Positions 26,929 to 38,261 of a DNA stretch of 64,000 nucleotides are shown piece after piece. The stretch lies in IMG/VR virus record IMGVR_UViG_2061766007_000705; one strand, written 5' to 3'. Each line of letters starts with the position of its first letter. Position 1 is the stretch's first letter. This DNA is from a virus. Lineage: Duplodnaviria > Caudoviricetes. The notes below the pieces were generated by a model. It worked only from the letters and a program-made list of their open reading frames with translations, was not told where the DNA came from and searched no databases. Both the position numbers and the translations under genes were made by a program.

Positions 26929-27840
26929 TTATAAATCTTTTACTTGAACAAATGAAAAATCAACTTTAACAATTTGCTCATAACTTTTATCAATAATTTC
27001 AAATGCGTTTTCTGTAATATCTACAATCCAACCATTTCCTTTTCTGTCTTTAAGAATTTTTAAATTACCGTTATTTACCATACTCTTAAATTGCTCCATC
27101 ATTTCAGCAGTATCAACATACTTCCCAGTATTTGGTATTACATTACTTAAGAATGCGGTAATATTACTACTAATATAATTCTTTTGTCCAACAAGAATTT
27201 TAGGAAATTGTGTAAAATTATCAATAATATTTTTATCAATATTTTGTTTTAATTCACCAGATTGTAAATTAGTATTAAATAACCAAATATTATTTTCATC
27301 AACAACATATGATTTAACACCATTTTCTTCAATTTCTTTTAAATCAATCAAAGACCAAGCATCCCAACAAGTTTTAACATAATCTGTCTCAAAAAGTGGG
27401 GATAATGTATTTTCTGTTTCAGCAAAAATTACATATTGATATTCAGAATCATTTACTACATTAAAATCTTTAAGTGAAAATTCATCCGCATTTACCTTAC
27501 CAAGATATTTTAATGTTTGATTATTTCTTTGTCTAACGTAAACATGCCAATATGTAACGCTTTCTGTTAATTCATTAGATGTTAAGTTACCTGAATTAAG
27601 ATTATGATTAAATACGCATAATAGTAATGTATTACCATCCCATTCAGGTTTATATAAAGCACTATTAACTTCATTTATTTCATCTTGTGTTAATACTTTA
27701 TTTTTAATCCAAAGATAATTACACAATATTTGATTATATGTTAACATACCCAATCTATTATCACCATTATCTCCATTACCATTTGAAGAAAATGTTCCTG
27801 CTGATGAATTAAGCGTAATGCTATTATAATTTAATCCCAT
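26929..27840 (-). CDS. Tail/baseplate protein (Dit-like C-terminal region)
   Basis: FN3-like segment plus KILKDRKG motif; synteny. Confidence 0.55.
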   Translation of the reverse strand: MGLNYNSITLNSSAGTFSSNGNGDNGDNRLGMLTYNQILCNYLWIKNKVLTQDEINEVNSALYKPEWDGNTLLLCVFNHNLNSGNLTSNELTESVTYWHVYVRQRNNQTLKYLGKVNADEFSLKDFNVVNDSEYQYVIFAETENTLSPLFETDYVKTCWDAWSLIDLKEIEENGVKSYVVDENNIWLFNTNLQSGELKQNIDKNIIDNFTQFPKILVGQKNYISSNITAFLSNVIPNTGKYVDTAEMMEQFKSMVNNGNLKILKDRKGNGWIVDITENAFEIIDKSYEQIVKVDFSFVQVKDL

Positions 27841-27851
27841 AATTCACCATC

Positions 27852-29717
27852 CTATCTATATAATACATCTGTTTTCAAGAGTTTATAATCTTTCAGCAGA
27901 ACACCACCAACAAGAGTGCTATTAACTGGACGGAAAATATTAGGTAATGAAGTTGAAATTCTTTCAACTTGAATTGTTGTAGGTAACAATGTTAATTTAA
28001 ACCAATATGGTGATACATTCATATCAGTATCAATATCCATTCCATCTATAGTATGAGGTCTTGCATTTGGAATTTCTACATCTACACTTCCAATATAATG
28101 TTCATCCATATTATAAATTTCGTAATAAAAAGTTCCATGTCCAAACCAATCCATATTAGTCGTTTGGTTTAATTGACCATAATTTTCTTTTCTAACATTA
28201 CCACCAGTCGCATATCTTACACTATAATATGGCATAGGATATGGAGAAACAATTAAACTTGTACCATCATAATAATAATTAACATTATTATATTCATACA
28301 TTGATGTACTTAAAGGTATTCTTTCATCAGTCCAAGCGGTTTCTGTTGCAGTATATAGTAAATTATTTGATGTATTATAAAATATTTCACCTTCATTAAA
28401 ATTAATCGGAAAACTATTTCCCATATAATCTATATGTATTTTAACAGTTGTTTCCATACGAATAACTTCTACTGCAATAGAATCAACTGTTGGAGACCAA
28501 CTATTAATTTGTGGTGTAAAATTATAATCATATCCAATAAAAGTATCATTTCCACTTTCATATATATCTTTTTCATATCTTACTTCGTATGGACAAAAAT
28601 AAACACATACAGTATTTTCTTGTGGTATGTCCAATGCTTTAGTGAATTGTTGTGGAGTCCAAATAATACTTTGTTGTTCGTCAAGATTAACACTTGTTAC
28701 ACCACTAAATGGGTTATTGTTTCTATATACTAAATCATCAGTAATTACACTTTGTGTTTCAGTATTAATACCAACACCTTTAGTCGTGTATAGATTAGAC
28801 CACTCTACTTCAATACAAGTTTTATCATTAATAGATATACCTTGTGCTTTTACATCTACTGTATAAGTATCATACAATACATCAAATGTATTTGACAATT
28901 CTTCGCACACACTATCATCTTGCGTAACTAATAAAACTTTAACTTTATACGTTCTGCCACTAATCAAACCATCAAATTTATATTGTATTGTACCTTGATA
29001 TATCAATTCTGATTCTTGTACAATGTTATTACCTTCATCATATAAAATCCATTGAAAATATTTATAATTAACATTTTGTGCTTGATTGTATGTAGCAGTA
29101 AATGTATAATCTTTTCTATTAACTGTTTCTGAAGGTACATTATCTATAACAACAGTTGGAGTAGTTCTTGCTTTAAAATAAGTGTCATCAGAAATTATAT
29201 AATCAGATAAAATAGTATATAATGTTCCAACAGAAGGAGCTTCGGAAAATGCACTCGAAACTGTAATTTCGCCAGTTTCATTATTGTAACGTGTAATTTT
29301 CCGCATTTCAGTACCAATTTGAATATAGTGTCCTACAGTAATTAAATATTGTACTTTAATAAATATATGTGTTGTAGTAGATGTACCACTATTGGTTACT
29401 GCACCATTTGTTACATATATTGATGGAGTACTCTCATATAATTTAACATTCCACACATAATCATACCCATTAGCCATATGGTTGTTTGGTTCAGAATTAG
29501 ATGGTACTATAATAGATAATATATCATCATTATATATTGGTTCACTTGGAATTTCCTCTTTTGTATATTTAGTAGTTCCTGACAAATCTTTGATAGTGAT
29601 TAAATATTTTGAAATTGTTGTAGAACCGATTGCGTTTATTACACATGAAAATTGATTACTTGTAGTAACATCTATATCTGTATAATAAGGCATCATATGA
29701 GATGGTTTATATAACAA
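27852..29717 (-). CDS. Tail/baseplate protein with FN3-like beta-sandwich domains
   Basis: Beta-rich; FDGLISGRTYKV; directly after tape measure. Confidence 0.55.
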   Translation of the reverse strand: MLYKPSHMMPYYTDIDVTTSNQFSCVINAIGSTTISKYLITIKDLSGTTKYTKEEIPSEPIYNDDILSIIVPSNSEPNNHMANGYDYVWNVKLYESTPSIYVTNGAVTNSGTSTTTHIFIKVQYLITVGHYIQIGTEMRKITRYNNETGEITVSSAFSEAPSVGTLYTILSDYIISDDTYFKARTTPTVVIDNVPSETVNRKDYTFTATYNQAQNVNYKYFQWILYDEGNNIVQESELIYQGTIQYKFDGLISGRTYKVKVLLVTQDDSVCEELSNTFDVLYDTYTVDVKAQGISINDKTCIEVEWSNLYTTKGVGINTETQSVITDDLVYRNNNPFSGVTSVNLDEQQSIIWTPQQFTKALDIPQENTVCVYFCPYEVRYEKDIYESGNDTFIGYDYNFTPQINSWSPTVDSIAVEVIRMETTVKIHIDYMGNSFPINFNEGEIFYNTSNNLLYTATETAWTDERIPLSTSMYEYNNVNYYYDGTSLIVSPYPMPYYSVRYATGGNVRKENYGQLNQTTNMDWFGHGTFYYEIYNMDEHYIGSVDVEIPNARPHTIDGMDIDTDMNVSPYWFKLTLLPTTIQVERISTSLPNIFRPVNSTLVGGVLLKDYKLLKTDVLYR

Positions 29718-29765
29718 AATTCTTCCCCCTTTCTTGAAAATTATATCTATATATATTCAAAATAA

Positions 29766-29795
29766 AACTGACTGCCATATTTCAGACAGTCAGTT
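29766..29795 (-). terminator. Hairpin after tape measure gene
   Basis: AACTGACTG / CAGTCAGTT followed by a T tract on the minus strand. Confidence 0.6.
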
Positions 29796-29802
29796 ATAAA
29801 AT

Positions 29803-32800
29803 TTAATTAAGGACTGCAACAAGATTTCTCATTTGACTAATAAAGTCATTCGCATCCTTGCAAGTAACATTCATAGTACTAATATTTACAGAATTATCTG
29901 AATTATTAGTAGTATTAGTATTATTACCAATCGCAGTATTTGGTATAGATTGAAGTTTTAACATATCAAATAATGATGAAGAACCATAAAGATAACGAAG
30001 TTCCGATAATCTTTTTTGGAAATCAATATTTGCAGACGGTTCAAGCATTTTCTTTGTAACATCAGGCGGAATAACTATTTCATTCTCAGTAGTTGCCTTA
30101 ATACCACCAAGACCATAGAGTACACCGCCACTGTCATATTTAATTGAACCATCATTTGTACTGTATGTTTTTCCATTCTTTGTGATAGTTGTTGAACCAT
30201 CAGAATTCTTTGTCCAAGTACTACCATCACTCATTTTTTGTTGTGAACCCGCAGGCGCAGAACCAATAAATGCGAGACCCGCAGCTGAACCTACATTATA
30301 ATTTCCACCACCACTTGATGATGAACTACCACTCGAACTACTACCACTACGATTTCCACTACCAGTATTACTATTATTATTTGTATTACCAGTGTTGTAA
30401 TTCTGAACTGATGCATTACCATATGCTGATTGGTTTGCCTCATTTCGTCTTGATGTTTCAGAAGCTGCATTGTTTAATGTTGCAACAACTTTATCGTATA
30501 CGGCATATAAATCATTATAATTTGCATCTGTTATAGTTGATTGACCATTGTTTGTAAAATTACTTAAATCAGCTATTTTAACTGAACCACTACCTTGTTT
30601 CATAAAAATACCGCCACCAGTTACAACGACTTCACCATCTTTTACATTAGTTAAAGTGTCTCCACCTTGTGGCATAAGATGTACTTTTACAGACGAACCG
30701 CTATTATCTGAAATTGTTGATTGTTTTGTTGAAGCAACCTTTTGGGTAACTCCATCACTTCCACCGTTTGCAGTCCATCCTTGTGTTATACCAGTTCCAT
30801 TAAGTGCTTTTATCCAATTTGTAGATTCTGCTTCCATTTGTTCTTGCAACTCATATTGAGCAATCATTCCAAGTAATTCTTCATAAGCCTTTTTAGCCCT
30901 ATTGCAAGCATCAACAAATTTATCAGCAAATGTATTAAATTTACTTGATTGAGAATTTAGCACTGTGTCAAATGTAGTCATTCCACGTGTTAAAATATTA
31001 CTAATATCACTTTCAGTTGCACTAATTTTAGTTTTTACACCATCAGCGGTTGTATTGACAACATTAATCACTTCGCCAGTTTTTGAATCAATTTGAACTA
31101 CAAGCCCATCTAGTTCGTTTTTAATAGCTTTATTAGTGTTTTGAGTAATAGTAGTGAGAGATTTTTCCGCTTCTTTTAAAATTTTTTCTCTTGCGTTTTT
31201 ACCAAGAGTAGCGTTAAGTGTTAAATCATCTTCAAATCTCTTTTGTTTATCAACAACATCTTGATATAATTGAACATAATCTTTCCAAGCATCAATTTCA
31301 GTATCAATCAATTTAACTCTTGCATCAGTTTGTTGTTCCACTAATTGAGTTTGTTTAGATTGTACATCACCTTGGTCTGCTTCCCAATGCCAACCTAACT
31401 TATCACTATAAACTCTCTTATTCTTTTGACCTTGAAGGAGTCTAATTTCTTCTTTAATAGCACTCACTTTACGCTCTTGCAATCTTGCATCAGCCATCTT
31501 TAAAGCATTTTGAAGTTCATTAAGAGCAGTGATTTTTTCCTCAGTATTTTCCAAAGAATAAGCAGTTTGTAATCTCTTTTCAGCCGAATCAACTACAGAC
31601 TGCAACCAACTTGCATTACTACGATAAATAGCACTTAATTCTTCATTACCTGCAAGCAACTCATCATTAGCACTTTTTTCCATTTCTAAAATCTGAACAC
31701 GATATTCGCCTAATTGTGTAATAACGTCTTTAGATTTTTCCAATGGAGTTATCTTTTCGTAATCAACTAAATCATCTATAATTTCAGGCAATTTAGATAG
31801 TGTGTTTTGATATTCTTTTGCTAAATCATAACTCTTTTCATAATTGTCAATGACTTTTCCCCAAGCATCTGCAATTTCATTAGCATAACGAACTGGGTCA
31901 AGTGCTTTAAGTTTACGCATATATTCATATGCATTTTTTGCAGCTGTTTCAGCAAGTTGAATAGATTTAGTATTGGCTTGTATCCAATCTGTACTACCTA
32001 AAACCGCAGTTGATTTAATAGTATTAAGAGCACTTAATTCTTGATTTAGTCTCTTTTCATTATAATCATAAGCATCTTTAAGTTTCTTCAATCTAAGGTC
32101 AGCAATTTTGTTTTCTGCTTCCCACCATCTTTCTTGAAGTTCTGTAATTTCTTCAGAAGATTCAGCATAACCCTTTTTACGAAGTTTATCTGCTTCTTCG
32201 TGTGCTCTATTCATAATAGACTGATAGAGTTGAATTTGCTTTTCATATTCTTCTTGATATGCTGGTTTACCAACTTCAAGTTTTTCTTGTTTATATTCAG
32301 ATAACTTAATAAGATGTTTTTGTGCTTTTAAGAAACTATCCCATTCTTTCAGAACATCTTCTTTAGTTGTTTTAGATGTACTACTATTACCATCATTTTC
32401 TTCGTCACCTGTTTCAGTAGTAGGAGTGGTAGTGTCTTTCTTTTTATTACGCATCATAGTTAAATGCATTAGATGTTCTTGTTGTTTTTCATCTTCCGCT
32501 ACACTAATCTTATTAACAGAATCTATAAAGCCTTGCGCCCATAAATCACCAGTTAATGTACCATATCTATGAGCAGTTCCTTTTATCCATTCAAATACTG
32601 AATTAAATTTACTTTTAATAGATTGTCTAACTTTATTCCAGGTACTATCAGAATTTGTTTGGATATTACTTAACATAGTGTTGATTTTCTTTTGAATGTC
32701 AGCATTAGTTAAATTTGTTTTACCATTAGCAATTTTTCTTAATTCATCTAATGTTAAACCTGTATTTTCAAGTACTGCATCTTTAATTTCTGGATTTGCT

Positions 32801-35800
32801 TCAAGTTCATCAGCAATTTCGGAAATCATATTACGCACACCTTGTTTAGTAGATTCGGTTGCATTTTCATCTAAATGAATTTGAATACCCATATCGGTTT
32901 GTTGAATTACATCTTCTAAACCTTCTAAATTTTCAAATATTTTGAACATATTAGAAAATGAACGACCATTGGTAATTTGTTCTTGAGTATTTTGTAATTC
33001 TTCTACAACTTTACCATTAGCATCAACCCATTTTTGTGATTGTTCATCAAATGTGGCATTCAATTCATCTGCTCTCATTGATAAAAGCGCATTAAGTTGT
33101 TCTACTTTATCAGCATAAAGTTGTGCATTACTAATTGCACCAGATTCCCATTGCTGATATGCTTGATTACCCAAGTCTGTAATTGTACTTAATTGTTCCT
33201 TTTGTAAATTTAATGCACTCTTGGTATCATTTTTATTTTTACCAAGATATTCATCTGAATCAAAATTATTGGTTAAATCGGCAATCTTACCAAAAGCATT
33301 ATCCAAACCTTCAACACCATCCGATGAAAGTTGTGTATTAATATCCTTTAATCCTTCTGCAAAATTTTTAAGACCAGTTTTTGTAGCATTATCGCTAATT
33401 TCATCTAATATTGTATTAGATTCATCAAGTCTTTTCTTTAAAATGGTATTAATACCTTCTGTTGTCATAGCGGTAACTTCGCCATACTTCATTAGATATT
33501 CATTCCACTGTTCCCATTGCGAAATTAATTCTTTATATTCATCTGTGCTTTCATCAGGTGCATATTGAAAAGCTGTGGTAAAATATTCATTGGTTTTAGA
33601 TATAAAGCCATCAATATTTTGTTTTACCTTAATATAATCACTTTGTTCATCTTTTGATAATTCATCACCTTTAGCAATTTTTTCTTCATATTTTTCCTTT
33701 TGCTGAATCCATCTATCAAATTCACCAGTACCAGTTGTTTCACTATAACCACCAAAGGCGTGTATGTTTGGTCCTGTATTTTCATTAAAAAATTTTGCAA
33801 ACTGTTGCTTTATTCCTAATTGAGCAGTATTATATGCTTCTTGATTTTTTAATTCAATTTCTTCTTTAAGTAATTCAATATTCTTTTCAAGAAGTTCTTT
33901 TTGAATTTGTAATTTTTTTAATTCATTTTGCTCAACTAATGTAGGAGAACCAATATTATTTAATTCATTAATTCTATCTTGAATAGTTTTTAATTCATCC
34001 GAAGCAGTATTAAGTTGATTATTAACTTCTTCTTGTTTTTCATTAATTCTATCAAGTTCTTTATCTACAGTTTTAGCAGTTGCACTATAGACACCTATAG
34101 CAGTCATAAAGGTTACAACAGTTGTTAACATACCTACAGGTGATGCTAAGAAATTAACAATACTTAGAGCAGTATTTTTTATTAATCCACCAAGACCTTT
34201 AAGAATGCCACCTTGTGCAACTAATTCTTGATTTTGTACTGCAATTTGAATAGTTTTTGCTTCTTCGGTAGTTAATTGTTCTTTTCCAGTTGTAGTAAGT
34301 ATTTTTTCAGTAAGAATTTGAATTTGTTCTTGTTTATTTTTACCACGAAGTAAAGCCAAATCTTTTTCATCTAATGCAACATCAAATTCTTTAAGTACCT
34401 TATCTTTAACACTTAATGCATATTCACTTTCTGTAAAAGCAATAATCTTTTTCTCTTTCAATAATTTTTCATCAATTAATTTATTAGAATAAGCATCAAG
34501 AACAAGTCCTTCTTCTTTAAGTTTATTTAATTGAGCAGTATCATCCCAAATTTTAACTTGTTGTCCATTGACAGGTATAGTTGCATTTTGAAGAAATGTT
34601 TTTTGTAATGATTTATTTTTCATTTGATTAAGTTTATCAACAAAATCTTCTGTCGTGGCATTACTAAGAATTTCACCACCAAATGAAACATCACCTAAAA
34701 GTTTAATTTGTTTTACAAATTCAGCAACTTTTGGAATTGCAAATTTACTTCCTAATACTGCTAAACCAGTACCTAAAGCAACTAATGGTGCTTTTACTTC
34801 AAAAAGACTTTTTGTTAATTTACCAAAAGCATTTGCTAAATCAAGAACAAATTTAACCGTTTCTTCAAATCCTTCTTGATATACTATTTCTTGGAATGTT
34901 GCTTTTAATTGATTTGTTTTTGCTTCAATAGATTGTAAGTATACTTCATATTTTTGTGCAGTATATCCAGTAGCTTCGCCAGCATCTTCAATGTGTTTCT
35001 TAACTAAATCCCAATTTTCCATAATAGCTAAGAACATTTCCTTCTGACGTACGCCTGCCATAGCAGTAGCAATTTGTTGATTTTGTACTTCGGTATTTTC
35101 TTTCCATTTTGCAGAAAGTTGGTCGAGCACATCAAACATTTCATAAATGTCGCCTTCAGTATTTCTAATTGAAATACCAAATTTATTTAATACTTTTTCA
35201 ACATCATTAATTGCTTCGCCTTCATCGTCAATATTCTTACCAGCTGCAATATTACTATATCTTGCAGTAAGTGTTTTAATACTTTCACCAATGGTGCTTG
35301 CACTTCTACGAGTTGTTTCGGAAACTGTAGTAATAATAGAAGCAAGTTCTTTCCACTCTATACCTGCTACTCTTGATGAGTTTGCAGAGTGTTGGAAAGC
35401 CTCAGCAATTTCTTGTGCGGAAGTAGCTGCGGTTACGTCTAATTTATTAAATACGTCTACAACTTCTTCTGCTTCATCAGCTGTTAATTTATAACCATTG
35501 AGAACTGCAATAAGTTTTTCAGAAGCATCATCAGAACTCATACCTGAAATCTTACTAAACATTGTAGAGATTTTTAACAATTTGTTAGTATCTTCTACAG
35601 ACATACCTGCTCTTAACCAAGTTTCAGCACCTTGAGCTACTGCATCTACAGTAGAACCAAGTTCTATAGCAAATTCTGAATATGTCTTTTTAAGTTGTTG
35701 CATTTGCTCATTGTTGTAATTAGTAACCATCTGAAGATTAGTAAATGCTTGATTCAATTCATTTATTGTACTAATTGCTTGTTTGAATGAGTTAATTGCA

Positions 35801-36930
35801 GTCCATAAAGTTCTATATACAACAGTATAGTTTACAATACGAGCAGCTGCATCTTTCCAACCTGAAGCAAGGTCTTTGAAGAATGTCTTAGTAATTGAAG
35901 AAGTAGCTGCATACTGTTGTCTAACTAATTTTAATCCATTAAGAGTTTGTTGTTTTACATTATCATATTGTGCTAAAACTCTTTGTGCGTTTTCAACTTC
36001 ACGTTGAGCATTTGCATATTTACTTTTAGAAACACCTTTTTTTCTAACTGCTTCGCCATTTTCATCTTTAATTTGCATATTGGATAAATTATCTTGAGCA
36101 ATCTTTAAACTTTCTTGTGCTTCTTGTTTCATTAAATCAAGATTTTGAATTCTTAATTTAATTTCTTTTTGTAAATCTGCAATATATGTTTTTCTTTCAG
36201 TAGTTTTATTGCCAGTTTTAGACATTTGAGTTTGTGTTTTAATTAACTCTTTTTGTAATTTTAATACTTGCTCTTGTTCAGTTTGATATTGTATTATATT
36301 ACGATTTGCATTTTCAAATGATAAACCAAAAGCATCATCATATCTTTTGTAATCAAAAGCTTCAGCTGCTTTTGCATATTGACCACCCATTGATTTAAGG
36401 TCAGTAAGCATTTTATCAAATTCTTTACTTAACTCATTATATCTTTTTTGTAGAATAGTTGCATTTTTACTATCCGCTTCAACTGGTAACAAGCCCTCTT
36501 TTTTCATTTGTTTGGAAACATCATTAAGTTCTTTATATTTAGTAGCGACATTTCCAATTTCTCTTGTATAAATTTTTGTTTGATTAATGGTATCAGTCAT
36601 TACGCCTACACCCTTTTTATTAAAGTTTGTAAAAGCGTATGTCATACCATTAATGGTCATAGTCATAGATTTGATACTTCCATCTGTAGCATCAATTATT
36701 CTCTGTACAGAGGTAACTTGACCTGCAAATTTTTTAGATAATTCAATTTTAGAAGCTTCTGACTTTATCTTATGTAATTGTTCAAAAACTGATTTATCAA
36801 TACCATATCTTAACTTAAATTCTCTATCACTAACACCAGCCTCAATTGATTTAGCAGCTTGGTTAATTACTTGGTCTATATTAGATTTAAATATAATTTT
36901 AAAATCTTCTCCCATAGTAGGCATAATCAC
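29803..36930 (-). CDS. Tail tape measure protein
   Basis: 2375 aa, helical; TP901-type core (AFTNLQMVT...IGESIKT...AGVRQ); C-terminal YDSGG...GG motif. Confidence 0.93.
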   Translation of the reverse strand: MIMPTMGEDFKIIFKSNIDQVINQAAKSIEAGVSDREFKLRYGIDKSVFEQLHKIKSEASKIELSKKFAGQVTSVQRIIDATDGSIKSMTMTINGMTYAFTNFNKKGVGVMTDTINQTKIYTREIGNVATKYKELNDVSKQMKKEGLLPVEADSKNATILQKRYNELSKEFDKMLTDLKSMGGQYAKAAEAFDYKRYDDAFGLSFENANRNIIQYQTEQEQVLKLQKELIKTQTQMSKTGNKTTERKTYIADLQKEIKLRIQNLDLMKQEAQESLKIAQDNLSNMQIKDENGEAVRKKGVSKSKYANAQREVENAQRVLAQYDNVKQQTLNGLKLVRQQYAATSSITKTFFKDLASGWKDAAARIVNYTVVYRTLWTAINSFKQAISTINELNQAFTNLQMVTNYNNEQMQQLKKTYSEFAIELGSTVDAVAQGAETWLRAGMSVEDTNKLLKISTMFSKISGMSSDDASEKLIAVLNGYKLTADEAEEVVDVFNKLDVTAATSAQEIAEAFQHSANSSRVAGIEWKELASIITTVSETTRRSASTIGESIKTLTARYSNIAAGKNIDDEGEAINDVEKVLNKFGISIRNTEGDIYEMFDVLDQLSAKWKENTEVQNQQIATAMAGVRQKEMFLAIMENWDLVKKHIEDAGEATGYTAQKYEVYLQSIEAKTNQLKATFQEIVYQEGFEETVKFVLDLANAFGKLTKSLFEVKAPLVALGTGLAVLGSKFAIPKVAEFVKQIKLLGDVSFGGEILSNATTEDFVDKLNQMKNKSLQKTFLQNATIPVNGQQVKIWDDTAQLNKLKEEGLVLDAYSNKLIDEKLLKEKKIIAFTESEYALSVKDKVLKEFDVALDEKDLALLRGKNKQEQIQILTEKILTTTGKEQLTTEEAKTIQIAVQNQELVAQGGILKGLGGLIKNTALSIVNFLASPVGMLTTVVTFMTAIGVYSATAKTVDKELDRINEKQEEVNNQLNTASDELKTIQDRINELNNIGSPTLVEQNELKKLQIQKELLEKNIELLKEEIELKNQEAYNTAQLGIKQQFAKFFNENTGPNIHAFGGYSETTGTGEFDRWIQQKEKYEEKIAKGDELSKDEQSDYIKVKQNIDGFISKTNEYFTTAFQYAPDESTDEYKELISQWEQWNEYLMKYGEVTAMTTEGINTILKKRLDESNTILDEISDNATKTGLKNFAEGLKDINTQLSSDGVEGLDNAFGKIADLTNNFDSDEYLGKNKNDTKSALNLQKEQLSTITDLGNQAYQQWESGAISNAQLYADKVEQLNALLSMRADELNATFDEQSQKWVDANGKVVEELQNTQEQITNGRSFSNMFKIFENLEGLEDVIQQTDMGIQIHLDENATESTKQGVRNMISEIADELEANPEIKDAVLENTGLTLDELRKIANGKTNLTNADIQKKINTMLSNIQTNSDSTWNKVRQSIKSKFNSVFEWIKGTAHRYGTLTGDLWAQGFIDSVNKISVAEDEKQQEHLMHLTMMRNKKKDTTTPTTETGDEENDGNSSTSKTTKEDVLKEWDSFLKAQKHLIKLSEYKQEKLEVGKPAYQEEYEKQIQLYQSIMNRAHEEADKLRKKGYAESSEEITELQERWWEAENKIADLRLKKLKDAYDYNEKRLNQELSALNTIKSTAVLGSTDWIQANTKSIQLAETAAKNAYEYMRKLKALDPVRYANEIADAWGKVIDNYEKSYDLAKEYQNTLSKLPEIIDDLVDYEKITPLEKSKDVITQLGEYRVQILEMEKSANDELLAGNEELSAIYRSNASWLQSVVDSAEKRLQTAYSLENTEEKITALNELQNALKMADARLQERKVSAIKEEIRLLQGQKNKRVYSDKLGWHWEADQGDVQSKQTQLVEQQTDARVKLIDTEIDAWKDYVQLYQDVVDKQKRFEDDLTLNATLGKNAREKILKEAEKSLTTITQNTNKAIKNELDGLVVQIDSKTGEVINVVNTTADGVKTKISATESDISNILTRGMTTFDTVLNSQSSKFNTFADKFVDACNRAKKAYEELLGMIAQYELQEQMEAESTNWIKALNGTGITQGWTANGGSDGVTQKVASTKQSTISDNSGSSVKVHLMPQGGDTLTNVKDGEVVVTGGGIFMKQGSGSVKIADLSNFTNNGQSTITDANYNDLYAVYDKVVATLNNAASETSRRNEANQSAYGNASVQNYNTGNTNNNSNTGSGNRSGSSSSGSSSSSGGGNYNVGSAAGLAFIGSAPAGSQQKMSDGSTWTKNSDGSTTITKNGKTYSTNDGSIKYDSGGVLYGLGGIKATTENEIVIPPDVTKKMLEPSANIDFQKRLSELRYLYGSSSLFDMLKLQSIPNTAIGNNTNTTNNSDNSVNISTMNVTCKDANDFISQMRNLVAVLN

Positions 36931-36942
36931 GTTACCCCCTTT

Positions 36943-37485
36943 CTATAAAAAATTAAATTCTCTTGGCAAAAACATATCTGCTAATGTTTCTGCATCACTA
37001 AAATTATCACTATGATTTACATACCATTGTTCTATTGTTTTCATATTATTAGACATATACCTTTCTGTAGCATCAGTATACTGTATAGGCTCTCTCCACG
37101 TAGTGCCTTCTTCATCAATCCATTGTGGTAGCATATTAGCAACACTCGTACCCCCAAATGTTGCGTGAGCATTAAACATACCACTACCATCTTCACTAAA
37201 TATAGCATTAGAATTACCACTACTTTGATTAAGATGTGCTTTCATTTTACGTGCATCAATTGTCACACCCCAACCTCTTGATGTTCTATTTACAGTAATT
37301 GCATTAATAAATTCATATGTTCTTTCATACCATTCTGGTGTGTATGTAAGATACCATTCTTCCCAAATATAATTACTCATAAAATTAGATGCTACACAGG
37401 CACAGAAGTGCTCAAATGGTTCACCAAACCGTTGTAATGCATCCACTAAATCTGACATATTTCTTATATTACGTCTATTTGCCAT
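36943..37485 (-). CDS. Putative tail completion protein (HK97 gp10-like)
   Basis: Y..Y.P..YERT motif; synteny. Confidence 0.45.
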   Translation of the reverse strand: MANRRNIRNMSDLVDALQRFGEPFEHFCACVASNFMSNYIWEEWYLTYTPEWYERTYEFINAITVNRTSRGWGVTIDARKMKAHLNQSSGNSNAIFSEDGSGMFNAHATFGGTSVANMLPQWIDEEGTTWREPIQYTDATERYMSNNMKTIEQWYVNHSDNFSDAETLADMFLPREFNFL

Positions 37486-37507
37486 TTGAGCACTTCCTTT
37501 CTTTTAA

Positions 37508-38245
37508 TTATTTTTCTTGTGACTGTTGAATTAATTCAACAGAACTATCATAAATAGTATCTTTAATTTTGTTTAATGCAGGGTCATTATCACTCATAAT
37601 TTCCATTACATTATTTAATTTATTTACATCTAATGAATTAAATGCTTCAACTGTGTCTTTAGACATTTGATTTAAATCAGTATTAAAATCAACGTTTTGT
37701 ACATAATTAAGAGCAGATACATTAGAGTATACTACCATATTATGAGACATTTTTACCCAAGTCTCATAATCTTCAAAAACTTTATCATATATATAATTGT
37801 AAAGTCCACTCTGCTTAACAATATCATAATTTTCAGAATTAATGTATGTTAATGAATAATCAATATTTGTATATGTGAATAATACAAACAAAGTATTAAA
37901 CATTTCAGTCTGCGCAGCTAATTCGATTGGACTATCTTTAATCTGAATAATTATTTCATTAAAAATATTAAGCCAACCACATTTAACATCAAATGTGATA
38001 TATGTATCAACTTCTACATTTTTATCAAGCCACTTATAAAAAGAATCTTTGGTTTTCTTTTTAGAAATAACTTCTTTACATTTAGTAAGTACTTTATTAA
38101 ACTCTATTTTATTAGCATCAATGGTATTTGTTGTATAATCTACTACCTCAGTATTTACATCAACCTCGTGTCCTACAATTTCTTCAATTGCAATTTTTAT
38201 ATCTTGGTTGGTAAATTCTTCAATATTTTTCTTTTTAGTAGCCAT
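37508..38245 (-). CDS. Hypothetical tail-module protein (assembly chaperone candidate)
   Basis: Position upstream of tape measure. Confidence 0.5.
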   Translation of the reverse strand: MATKKKNIEEFTNQDIKIAIEEIVGHEVDVNTEVVDYTTNTIDANKIEFNKVLTKCKEVISKKKTKDSFYKWLDKNVEVDTYITFDVKCGWLNIFNEIIIQIKDSPIELAAQTEMFNTLFVLFTYTNIDYSLTYINSENYDIVKQSGLYNYIYDKVFEDYETWVKMSHNMVVYSNVSALNYVQNVDFNTDLNQMSKDTVEAFNSLDVNKLNNVMEIMSDNDPALNKIKDTIYDSSVELIQQSQEK

Positions 38246-38261
38246 AATTTAATCCTTTCTT

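Noticed and set aside
36943-38245. Programmed frameshift between the two genes before the tape measure
   Set aside because: The second ORF has its own RBS and start, and no convincing slippery site could be supported.
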